DNA of 63,870 bases, counting the filler, from Octopus bimaculoides (lineage: Eukaryota), in the NCBI RefSeq assembly GCF_001194135.2. It is 7 parts of 7 records of this genome, joined end to end, with 100 filler letters (N's around TTAATTAATTAA, not from the genome) between each part and the next. Parts side by side here need not be neighbours in the genome. Positions count along the whole stretch, not along the records: positions 1 to 24,066 come from NC_068984.1; positions 24,167 to 32,455 come from NC_069003.1; 5 more parts are not named here. The stretch is one strand, 5' to 3'. A model generated the notes under the pieces. The model was given only the letters and a program-made list of their open reading frames with translations, searched no databases and had not been told where the DNA came from. The translations under genes were made by a program, and so were the position numbers. This document shows positions 13,336-24,429 of the stretch, piece after piece (position 1 is the stretch's first letter; each line of letters begins with the position of its first letter).

Positions 13336-13904
13336 GAAGTGGTTACACAGATTACAATCGTTGTTTGGTTACTAATATATATATGTGCGTGTGTGCGCGC
13401 GCGTGAAAATGCGTTTGATTGTATTTTTGCACTCTTTTGCAGATGTACCTCTATGTATGGTTTTTCTTTAATCCAGTTTCTTTACTTGAAACGTATATTT
13501 CAGGTGAGATTTGAATGTAATAGTAATAATTCTTGAATGTTCAATTGCTTTCTGTGAGATGTCTTGTCCTTGTTATTCCTGCATTGAAATTTACTGTTTT
13601 TGAATACTACCTCCTGATTTCACTGACCTCTGTAGAGCCTTTATTTCTCTAGCTTTTTCAGTTCCCCTAACCTATGCATGTAATTCCTTTGGTTAAAAAT
13701 TCATTTACAATATCTGCTATATTCTTATATTTTTTACGCTATACATTTTTTACTTTATTTTACTTTCTCTATTCTTGTTCGTATTTTTTTTTTTTTTTAA
13801 ATTAAGGAAAATCAATTCCTTAAATTTTTATCTTGCACTTAAATTTATTTGATATGCAGCAACGAAATCAATCTAATTTTATCCTGTTTCAACCTTCCAT
13901 TCCT

Positions 13905-14435
13905 TGCATATGTAAAGACGAAATATTTTGTGCGTATATTTAGACTTGAGTTGTTGATATACTCATGATATTCTGGCGATTCTTTACACTTAAAAGACCA
14001 TATTGAATTTTTCCACGAACAGGTAAAATTATTTTTATTGTAAAAATTTGATCTGATTTACATTTCTTTTTTGTTTCCAATCGGATTGATGCAAGCCTCG
14101 CAGTCAGGTCGGCCACATAATTTCATTGTCGGTGTATGAATTTTGTGGAGGGTAATTTAGTGCTGGTGAGTAGATTTTGATTATATATTTTGTTTTTGAT
14201 TATTTTGTGTATTTCGAGTGGTTGATTAATTATTGAGTCTTGTGTCAGTTCTGACACCACAGTACTAGATAGAACACACTTAGTGGACACATAGAAATGT
14301 GTGCAAAATATATGTAACCCAGATCAAAATCTTCTCACTGCCTTTGTCCACTCACTGCTACAGATCAAACACACAAAAACATCAAAGAAAATATATTCAT
14401 ACAAAAATACAAACCACGACTAAATAAACGTTGAT
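13905..14435. mobile_element. Penelope-like GIY-YIG endonuclease remnant in two oppositely oriented parts
   Basis: Minus 14250-13905 reads (with frame changes) NLLTSTKLP..KLCGRPDCEAC..KNNFTCSWKNSIWSFKCKE..YINNSSLNIRTK. Plus 14255-14435 reads LSGHIEMCAK..KNIKENIFIQKYKPRLNKR*, a typical PLE ORF end. Confidence 0.65.
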
Positions 14436-17409
14436 AATGCACGTTCACCAACAACAGCTCATACACAACACATTTGGCAACTTAATATGTTGCATTTACA
14501 CAACCAACAACCGCAACATTGGGCACAATCATGGTTTTTCTCGAATGACATTAAGACAACTTTAATGGAAAACAACATTTTATGCCTACCTTGCAACATA
14601 GAAATTTTATCCATTCAGCCACTGGATATATTAAAGTTACAAATGCTTGATATTTTCCACCGTCACCAGTTATATGCAATGAAACATTTCAACTTTAAAT
14701 TTTGGATTACCTTTCTTGCTTAGAATTATATACGAGAAATAAGTCTCCAGAAGTATTCCCAAAAGTCTTTATTCAAGGAATACCACACTTGAAACATGAA
14801 TAGATAAAGGAAATATTCTTATGCAAAAATCAAAAACCCTGACTGATAGACCATCAACAAGCTACAGCTGCACTAACCCACATACTAAAAGAAATATAAC
14901 AAAGTTTTATGACAATATACAAGCAATTCCAATCTATCTACCACTTGAAAAATTAAGTTCAGAGACGTTTGGCATAAAATGTATTGTCACCGGGCATTAA
15001 CGCTATGGTCTTAGCCGCAAATGTACACACATTTTATGCCTTATCACGTGATCATTGTCTGACAATCAAATTTTATCGTAAACGCATACGAATTTGCGCA
15101 GCAAAATCTGTGAAACCGGTTCGTCCTTTAAATATATGTGTGTGTGTGTGTGTACGACAACGCACACATGCATGCACACACACTCATCTATGTATATAAT
15201 ATAGAGATAGACATATATATATATGTATTGATGGGTACTTCGATAGTTAGTATAAGTACCAGTAATATATTAGGTTTAGCTAGTCACGCATTGCTTATTT
15301 CTGAAAAGAAGATAAATATTTCAACCGGCTAGTAAATTTTGTCAAACAGCCATTTTATTCACTACTAAGTCATTGAGTGTACTAAAATAATGCATAAATT
15401 AGCTTCAACTGTTGTTCAATACACTTTACATCAATTTCAAAAACTGATCATTGTAACAGCTCTTGGACATCCTTATTTTATATCACGTATTTAACAATTA
15501 TTGTTCTTTCTTTTTATTTTTTCTGATTGAAATTTGTTAAAAACAATTAAATACTGGAACCATGGATTTAGCCGGCTATTCACACTTAAATGTTTCCTTA
15601 TTCCTCATCGTAGCGTATATAGTAAGTGTATTGGTCATTCGATTTTTAAGTGTAGCATGAAAGCAGAACGTCAGCTTCAAACGCTTCATTTCCTGAGAGA
15701 TACATCACTGTAAATTATGCAGCAAGTAACCATTAGCATATATCGAAAAAGAAATTTAAAAAAATTGGAAAGAAGAAACATACTGACATTAACTTCGAAA
15801 TGGAATCTATTTAAAGGAATGATTGAAAATCATACTAGCTGTTCATATGTCATTATTAGCTAATTTGCGAAAGAGATGGTACACATGAAACGAAATTCTA
15901 AAATAAGTATTTTGACCCGTTATATGAAGTTCCTGATCTGATCGATATCATTTAATAATGGGACGGAGTTTATTTTCTAACTCAGCAAAATATCAGCGAT
16001 GTAAATTTTAGTAAATTCCAGTATCATTATTCGGTTAAATCATTCTGTCTTGTTTACAAATCAAAGATGTATCATATTGGTTTCAGGTTTTGGCACAAGG
16101 CCAGCATGTTCATGGAAACGGTAAATCGAGTTCATCAATTCCAATGCTCAGCTGGTACTTATTTTATCTACTTTGAAATGATGTAAGTTGCAGAATTTTA
16201 CCATGATTTTTCAGTTTCTTAAATTTCGTGATATTTAGTTATTTTTGTATCTGCAACATGATTGTTCATTATTGCACTAAACCTCAGGTCATTGACATAT
16301 ACTGTCATACGGTCCCGTCAGAAATCCGTCAATAGCCAGACATATGCACGCACAAATATAAATATAGACATATTCATTCGTGCAAATATATACAAAGTCA
16401 AATACCTTCGCTACGTTGTGCTTCTCGAGGAAAAACTTATATACCTCTACAGTTCAAAAATACGTTGTGAACCCAATGAAATCAAGAAGCAAATAGTTTG
16501 TCTTTCATTTTGCGCATATAAAACTGTTACTGTCTAAAAATAGATTATCTCCTATTTCGTTCTTCGAGAGATATCTGTCAAACTAATAAGGCTGGCTGCA
16601 AGCTTCGATAATATTTGCATATTCTGATACATACTATTCACAACCGATTCATATGGATTTAGATAGTAGTAAAAAATATATCTTACTGATACATGAAGAT
16701 TATTCTGAACTGAATGTTAAACTCTGGCACATTTATAGAGAGTAATATAGTCGTAAACACTTTAAATCACGCCCTCCCTCCTTCTTGCCATACATATATT
16801 CATCTACGTGTACGCGCATGCTAGGTTTTACTCACGAGCACATAGAAATATAATTACATGTGTGTGTGCGTGTGTGTGCGTGTGCGTGTGTGCGTGTGTA
16901 TGTATGCTTGTGTACGATGTGTGACTGTGACTGTGTGTATTTGTGTCTTTATAAATATATACACATACATAGTGATGCACATAAACAAATACACGTACTG
17001 TTTAGATATTTGCACCTAAATCAAGTAGGACAAACGCATTGATTGATAGATTTCCTGTGAATGTATAATTATACGGAAGCCTTGAGGTGGGTTTTAATTT
17101 CCACGCCTCTATATCGTATATTGTAAACAGAAAACATTAACTTAATATTTCTGTCTTCCTCTTGGGTACTTAAATATGCATGATGGGAAAATGGCCGAAA
17201 GCGAACGTAACTAGAATGATTCTGCATAGACAGGGAATACTTCACCGTTGTTGCCATATATTTGAGTTTTTAAAATACCTATCGTCTAACTGTGATATCT
17301 CCCTGGGGTAGTTAACTGCATCGTAAAATATATTAACAGTAATACATATGGTGTATATTCCTACGAAAGTTTCACCTATAGTATTCTTGACAATATTTAA
17401 CATATTTAA

Positions 17410-17610
17410 GGCGGGATCTGGCAGAATAGTTAGCACGCTGGGAAAAGTGCTTAGCGGCCTTTTATCTGTCCTCACATTGTGAGTTTAAATTTCATTGAAG
17501 TCGACTTTACTTTTCATCATTTCGGGTGGATAAATAAGTACCCGTTGAGCACAAGTATTGATCTGATCGCGCCTCAACTGAAATTGTTTGCTTTGTGCAG
17601 AAATTTGAAC
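17410..17610 (+). mobile_element. SINE family A copy
   Basis: GGCGGGATCTGGCAGAATAGTTAGCACGC...GAAGTCGACTTTACTTTTCATCATTTCGGG...AAGTACC. Confidence 0.85.
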
Positions 17611-18749
17611 GAGTATTTATTATATTTAGTGTAGTATTCCTTTGTTTATAATGATTATTCACTGTGATTTACATATATGATTTGGCTTTTATTGGGTTAA
17701 AAGAAATATTTGTCATGTGTTAGTATGTACAAGATTTTATTTCTCATTAGCATTGATTTATAAAAGCGATGCATAATCAAAATTCAGCTCAAATATCGCT
17801 CTATTTTTGCAATATATACGCAGGTTTTAGAAACAAAAGATTTTCATGAATTTCTCTCTATCTCGCTTGTGCATTAATATATCTTGTTACTCGTGCATTC
17901 TGCTGTAAACAACACGTTAACTTATTCGTATAAGTTTAATAAAACAGTTACACGAATTTTAAACCTATTTTCAAGGCATGAACAGAAGCCATGTTATTCC
18001 TTACTTTTCTACCGATCCCTGACTTTCCTAAAACGATGTAGTTATAAGGAAATTTAAGCATTGAAATGAGGAGAAAGAGAAAAAGTTAGGTGTATGAATT
18101 ACGCGGAGTAAATCTAGAACAGTTTACTTATTTTATAATTTGAGGAATTATTATCAACTATATGATGGACTTTATTGGATCCGAGGCAGATCAAACACGT
18201 TCCTCTGTACATCAAAGCTTTTATATACTCCCTAATAGCATTCAGTGCTTCAGTGGATCTCCACGAAAGATTCGTTCTTGGTATTGTGTGCGATTAGTAA
18301 CTTAGATGAAGTTGTCATGTTTCTGACTTTTTCTTAACTAATATTGACTAAAAAACATATTGAACTTACAAAAAAAAATAATAATTACGACAACTAGAAA
18401 AATGGCATTTTGTAGCAGAAACCTATAAATGTTTCATGTCTGTACAGAGATGGGAAGTTGATTCCAATATTAGACAATGGAAGTCGTATGAAATAGGGAA
18501 AGAGGGAAGGAAAAGATGATAACATACTTCCTTTTGAATAATTTCTAAACGTGATGGAGTTCCATAAAATGTTAATATATTATAAACTATTAATATCATA
18601 ATATCTTACAATAAGTTCACCAAAATTACAGGTAATTATCAATGGAATACAGAGAAAAGACATCACAGCGTCAAAGTTGATGATAATCATGAAGCTAATG
18701 AGGATAACGACAATGGTGCTGTCGACGACGACGAAGAAAAAGACGACGA

Positions 18750-18752
18750 CGC

Positions 18753-18830
<78 letters not shown>
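18750..18830. repeat. (GAT)n microsatellite
   Basis: Direct reading; source of the poly-Met and poly-Ile ORFs. Confidence 0.95.
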
Positions 18831-18831
<1 letters not shown>

Positions 18832-20457
18832 GAGATTATTTGTTTCAGTAGCATTAGCACCATGAGATTTCAAAATCTCTGATAAATCCGTATTATAGAT
18901 CTCAATCTCAGCCTAACCAGATATTGCAGCAACTCCCAGATAAAAAAAAAAAAAGTTTATTAGATCCAGCGTCATTGTGGTTTATAGATTGCAAATCCAT
19001 AGTCGTTGTGGAATAACTATCAATATTTTCCAGGTTATGTCATATCTGAAGGAAATTGCTTTAAATAACAGTTTCTGTGAAAATCTCTTTGACATAACTG
19101 GCAATGCCTTGCAGTTTAATAGCATAGTTATTATTCAAGTTATTTTCAATAGAATATGACAGGAGCATATTATAAATGTCAGTAGTTGATAGCGGGAGGT
19201 TGCATGTAAGGAATTTTGTCTTTCCTTTGTATTGGAATGCCGAAACATTTCTGAATGGTGGTACAGTGAAATAAATAGTTTTTATTGATTTCAATACTGA
19301 CATACTTGAAATGACATTTGCTTCTACGGCTCCTTTTAAAATGCCAAAGATATTTTTAAAGTTTTTTTTTTTTTCAGCAGGGTGCGCAATTATTTATTCA
19401 TATGCATTACATATTCCTATACATGTATTTGCTTATGTGTGTCTATGTATCGATATACGATGAACATAAATTTCTTTATATCTAAAAATATATAGAAAAG
19501 AAAATATCGTTGTAGTGGACGATTGGGCAGTGGTAATGACTTATTAATATGTGTAGAACGAAGTTCAATGCACGAACTTTCGATTCATATATAATTTAAT
19601 CTTCTGTACTCTGATTTTAAAATGTTTTAGAGTTGCAGTGGAACAAATTTCGAATGACAATCTGCGACTTGATACGGATGCTAGCGAACCACGTTGTCGT
19701 TTCAGAATTTGAGTTGACAAATTCAAGAGAGCAATCAATATATGTGAATAATGCCTCACTAACGATAGTATGCATCATTGTGGCATATATTCCCAAACTA
19801 TCGAAAAGTAATTGAAATGCAAACTATACGGGATACATGTTCTGGTTTTGATATTGCAATGTATAAGCAAGAGACATATTGTCCTTAACCAAACATATTT
19901 GTTAAAACAGAACGGACAAATTTTGATAGGGAATATGTTAGAAAGAAACAAATAAAAACAAAATTTAAGAACAATCAGTTTTCTACTATACAAAATCCAT
20001 AACACAACCTCTAATTCTAGCATATTTCAAATTTATTTCTCTACTTCTACCTTTTATTTCAATGTAATAGAGCATTAGGAATCCTATAACCCACAAATTG
20101 AGATGCTGAAAAGACACCGACATTCTAAATAACCCAAATTATAAGCTAACCTCTAAAAATTAATTTATTCAAATGTTCCACGACATGCAGAAAAAGATAA
20201 CGGAATTTTTTACAGAATGTATACAAATAGATCTAGACTTGCTGAAGATGATAATCGGATTAGTTAATTAAGGATGACGTAAGTCTGAAAAAACAGCAAG
20301 TATCTAGGACTGATTAAGGAAGTTATTGTAATTATGCATACTACACTAGTTTAAATATTACACACAGTATCCACTGTGTGAGTTGTACAATTTGAGTGCT
20401 AAATCTAAGAGAAAGCAACTCAAAAATGTAAATGAATTTATGGGCATATTTCGGTGA

Positions 20458-21603
20458 CGACTGACGACTTTCGTCCTCATCACGGTTAATGACAGAACCA
20501 TCCGAGAAAACCTTCCAAAGGTACGAACAGGGAGGAAATGGAATGCGGAAGAGGCAGTAAACAAGGCGATCGGAATACTAAGACATGCCAATATAGTTGG
20601 AGCAACGCAAGAAGCAAGAGCCGGCCTAGGGACGCGCAATTTCAGGCCATTTTGCAAGAGCAGTATAAAAGAGATAAAAGAGGCAGTGGTACACGAAGTG
20701 ATAAAGGAGGAAGAAGAAAGGCGGAATGTACATTTGGTGCAATGTAGTCAAAAGGGGCAGTGCCTGAGATGGGAGGAAAACGTGGTCAGTCGCAGAATCT
20801 CATGGAAGGAACTTTGGGCTTGGGAACAAGCAAGAACAGCCTTCCTGATCAAGTCTACCTTCGACGTTCTACCCTCACCGGCGAACTTAGTCCGATGGAA
20901 CATAAAAACAACCGATGAATGTGGATGCGGAGAGAAAGCGACGGTGAAACACGTTCTGTCAAGCTGCAGACTAGCACTAGAAAGGTATACATGGCGCCAT
21001 AATCAAGTCCTCGGCGTCATAAGCGCAGCACTCAAGGAGAAGATCGAGGGATACAATAGGGGAGAGTACCCCAAAGTGGAAAAACGCAGGAAAATATACT
21101 TCCAGAAGGAGGGAAAAGGACATAAGATCAGGCCTCCAAATAAAATATACGAGATAGACGAAAGATGGAAGGGATACTGGGAGCTGGCCACGGATTTGGG
21201 AAGTCTAGCAATTTTTCCACTTATAAAAACAACAAAAAGACCAGACTTAGTCATATGGAACACAGAACGGAGAATAGGAATCTTGCTAGAACTGACAGTA
21301 CCATGGGAAGAAAACATCGACAATGCAGAGAAACGAAAGGAGAAGAGATACGGGAAACTAATCGACGAGTGCAGAGAACAGGGATGGAATGTCGAGTACT
21401 ATCATCTGGCAGTGGGGGCTAGAGGCTTCATTGAAAGGAAAATGACAGTGCTATTCAAGAGAAGATTTGCGTTTTCAAGCTCGGAACTGAGAAAACTGAT
21501 AAGGAGGATACAGGAGGCGGTCGAAAAAGCCAGCTTCTATATATGGCTGAAGCGGGAAGACCAACTATGGCTTGAAAGTCATAACATGCCGGCAGGAAAA
21601 TAG
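20458..21603 (+). mobile_element. 5'-truncated HERO-type non-LTR retrotransposon: post-RT region, CCHC knuckle and restriction-like endonuclease
   Basis: The frame is open from 20458 to the TAG at 21601. It reads VRTGRKWNAEEAV..LRHANIVG..RAGLG, then FLIKSTFDVLPSPANLVRW, the knuckle CGCGEKATVKHVLSSC, RYTWRHNQVL, RPDLVIW, LLELTVPWEENI..AEKRKEKRY and AVGARGF. These are RLE-clade hallmarks; ELTVPWEE is typical of HERO. Confidence 0.9.
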
Positions 21604-21660
21604 CATCACTAGGTGAGACAGGCTGACACTGAAGTCGCTTCGCGCCCTCCATTGTCAGTT

Positions 21661-21840
21661 AAAGTTTAGACAGTGTCACGTGACAACTTGCTGGGGATAC
21701 TTGCTGGAGACTAGCAGCGGGAAGTTTAGACAGTGTCATGTGACAACTTGCTAGGGCTGCCTACTGGACCCTAGCAGCGGGAAATTTAGACAGTGTCACG
21801 TGACAACTTGCTGGGGCAGCCTGCTGGAGCCTAGCAGCAG
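21661..21840 (+). repeat. Three 60-bp tandem repeats, each with a palindromic E-box
   Basis: Exact 60-bp period (21661, 21721, 21781). TGTCACGTGACA at 21674-21685 and 21794-21805; TGTCATGTGACA at 21734-21745. Confidence 0.95.
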
Positions 21841-21841
21841 G

Positions 21842-21875
21842 TATAAAAAGGGGAATTTGACATGACAATCAGTCG
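21842..21875 (+). promoter_or_regulatory. Candidate Pol II core promoter (TATA + initiator)
   Basis: TATAAAAAGGGG at 21842. ATCAGTC has its A at 21871, 29 nt after the first T of the TATA box, which is canonical TATA-Inr spacing. It lies directly downstream of the E-box repeats. Confidence 0.6.
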
Positions 21876-22133
21876 GACGCTGACACTCGTTGATGCTGCA
21901 TCGAAGAGGCCAGGGAATAGAAGAANNNNNNNNNNNNNNNNNNNNNNNNNNNNNNNNNNNNNNNNNNNNNNNNNNNNNNNNNNNNNNNNNNNNNNNNNNN
22001 NNNNNNNNNNNNNNNNNNNNNNNNNNNNNNNNNNNNNNNNNNNNNNNNNNNNNNNNNNNNNNNNNNNNNNNNNNNNNNNNNNNNNNNNNNNNNNNNNNNN
22101 NNNNNNNNNNNNNNNNNNNNNNNNNNNNNNNNN

Positions 22134-22447
22134 TCCTCCTGATGATGTCTTGAGCTAACTGGATCCTAATCCACCAAGGGAAGGTATGTCAGATGAAAGT
22201 AATTCAACAACGCAGGTTGATGAACCGTAAGACGTGTGGCCAGAACCTCCTGGAAAATAACCATAGCGAAGGACATTCCACAGTTGAATTAGAACAATCA
22301 CAAACAGTGAAAGAAGACATGCACCCAACACCAGAGCTGAAGACACCTCCGAAAGGGGGTAGCCCCGCCACGTCAAAACGGTAGAGGAGTAGGGGCCGAA
22401 ACCGGACGTGGTTCCTCCTGATGATGTCTTGAGCTAACTGGATCCTA
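22134..22447 (+). repeat. 35-bp direct repeat with 279-bp period
   Basis: TCCTCCTGATGATGTCTTGAGCTAACTGGATCCTA at 22134-22168 (cut by the gap on its 5' side) and at 22413-22447. Confidence 0.95.
22379..22430 (+). ncRNA. Hammerhead-like motif with re-ordered strands (candidate ribozyme)
   Basis: CGGT-A-GAGGAG-TA-GGGGCC-GAAA-CCG-GACGTGG-TTCCTC-CTGATGA-TGTCTT. Stem III is CGGT/ACCG, stem I is GAGGAG/TTCCTC, the CUGAUGA and GAAA cores are intact and the cleavage triplet is GUA. Stem II is weak. Confidence 0.5.
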
Positions 22448-22560
22448 TAAAGGAGCTGTTGTGGTAGCAGACCACGAAACATGGTTGAAATTCCTCCTGT
22501 CTGAAGTCTTTCCATATCGCGTGCATATGTACATGCCTACATACTTACATACATATATAT

Positions 22561-22930
22561 ATGGGGCATTGGGATATGTAACAAACTGCCTCAACAAAAA
22601 CCTGGAAAAATTAGGGTTCTCAAAACCTGAAAGAAAAAGGCTGATTAGAAGACTACAGATTCAAGCCATCAATGGAACTGTAAAGATATGTAAAACTCTA
22701 CAAAAAATTAGCACGTAAATACATATGCATGCATCTAGACATAAAAACGCATCCATAAAGCAAACATACAAATCTGCGCATACACTAACACCAAATACTG
22801 CACACACACACATATGCACAAATACCTGGATGATGTTGATAAATGTTCCAATGAAGGAGCCTTGAATCTATGTTAGAGTCCGGCTCTTTCTCTATGGACA
22901 AGAAATACAGAAATGAAACTGATTGATAAC
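22561..22930 (+). mobile_element. 3' end of an R4/Dong-like RLE retroelement ending in (ACAT)n
   Basis: GALGYVTNCLNKNLEKLGF..RLIRRLQIQAINGTVKICKTLQKIST* is the typical RLE C-terminus, followed by a 3' UTR and an ACAT tail (22929-22988). Confidence 0.75.
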
Positions 22931-22984
22931 ATACATACATGCATACATACATACATACATACATACATACATACATACATACAT

Positions 22985-23355
22985 ACATCATCCTTGTAAA
23001 TGTTAAATCCACTGCTGGCCTCATAGTGTTCTCACCACCAGCCCCAGCCTGATGTTTGCGTTATCCATCTTTGAGCACCGAAGCATTCAAACATATGTCT
23101 TGCCAAAGACCATTTCGGGCTCTTTATATTTTCCAGATAATATCCGTTAAACCCGTTGCCGCGCTTATCCTGTTGTTTCGTCACTCATACGTTTTGGTAA
23201 TATTCAGCATTCTGTTTTCCATTATTCTTTGTGCTCTCTTAAATTTGTTTTCAATGCTCTTGTGGATAGCCTATGTCTCTGATACATACATAATGATAGG
23301 CAAGACACACTGGTTGAAGACCTTTCTTGTTAGACATGCGTAAGGTACTGCGCAT
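22985..23355 (-). mobile_element. RTE-clade LINE 3' remnant
   Basis: Minus strand RKVFNQCVLPIIMYVSET*..KRAQRIMENRML..RNNRI..TDII..KWSLARH..RW, ending GAGGCCAGCAGTGGA...GATGATG. Confidence 0.8.
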
Positions 23356-23789
23356 GATATGATTCTCTTTACAAAAGGATATTCATCCTAATTGTAATCA
23401 TCGTTAAATTTCTGCGGGCCTGATTTTATCTTTTAAACAAATTATTTGCCAAATATAGGCGTATTGCTTCACACGTTCCACTGTTTCATCATCTATTTCT
23501 ATATTTAAAACTGTAGTTAGGTGCTAAGAGATTATCTTCGCTTTAATTAAGTTAATTCTGAGAAAAAAAACAGTGACGTACAGAGGCAAATCATTACACG
23601 GCAATCCACAACTCATGAGAGTAGTTTATGTAAAAGAACAATGCTGAATTGTCAATAGTGCAATCGTAAATTGCCCTCGAAATTGCTTAGTAACTATCAA
23701 CATATATGTACATGTATACATACATTCATTCATACATGTATACACATATTCATTCACTCATACATACATTCACACATACATAAATATAT

Positions 23790-24000
23790 TCCGTTATTAT
23801 TTCATTTCAGTCATTTCTAAGTGGCCATGCAGGAGCAACACCTTTAGTTGAACAAATCGACCCAGGACTTATTCTTAGTAAGCCGAGTACTAATTTTTTC
23901 GATTTATTTGGCTGAACCGCTAAGTTACGGGGACGTAAACACACCCACATCGATTGTCAAGCGATGGTGGCTGGACTAACACAGACCCACAAACACACAG
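23790..24000 (-). mobile_element. 3' part of the CORE-like SINE family
   Basis: Reverse complement CCACCATCGCTTGACAATCGATG..GTGTTTACGTCCCCGTAACTTAGCGGTTC matches the 1965-2160 region. Confidence 0.8.
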
Positions 24001-24016
24001 ATACACACAGACACAG

Positions 24017-24066
<50 letters not shown>

Positions 24067-24110
24067 NNNNNNNNNNNNNNNNNNNNNNNNNNNNNNNNNN
24101 NNNNNNNNNN

Positions 24111-24122
24111 TTAATTAATTAA
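24111..24122. other. Artificial scaffold spacer TTAATTAATTAA (also 32500-32511, 46164-46175, 51788-51799, 55937-55948, 61765-61776)
   Basis: The identical 12-mer is centred in 44 N + 44 N six times and gives stops in all six frames. Confidence 0.95.
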
Positions 24123-24429
24123 NNNNNNNNNNNNNNNNNNNNNNNNNNNNNNNNNNNNNNNNNNNNGTGTGTGTGTGTGTGTGTGTGTGTGAGTGTGTGT
24201 GTTGACAATTTTCTTAAATCAAAAGTTATTTTCCCCCATTAGAGTTATCGAGAATTTGGCCCTGGAACGAAACTCTTGTCCTGCTTCTCGCCCACAAATG
24301 AAATTATATATGAATTCTATTTTATGTAATGACTTATATTTCTCCTATACATATGTAGTGTGTGTATGTATACATATATACATATATATGTACATACAAA
24401 TATCTGTTTCTGACTCCACTTGAAGACAG

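Noticed and set aside
20450-20490. Minus-strand GTGATGAG-GAC-GAAA-GTC resembling a textbook hammerhead
   Set aside because: C3 is missing, no GAAA follows stem II directly, and there are no stems I or III. It lies in coding-derived sequence, so probably chance.
21661-21840. 60-bp repeats as a CRISPR-like array
   Set aside because: The units are contiguous with no unique spacers, the context is eukaryotic, and there are no cas genes.
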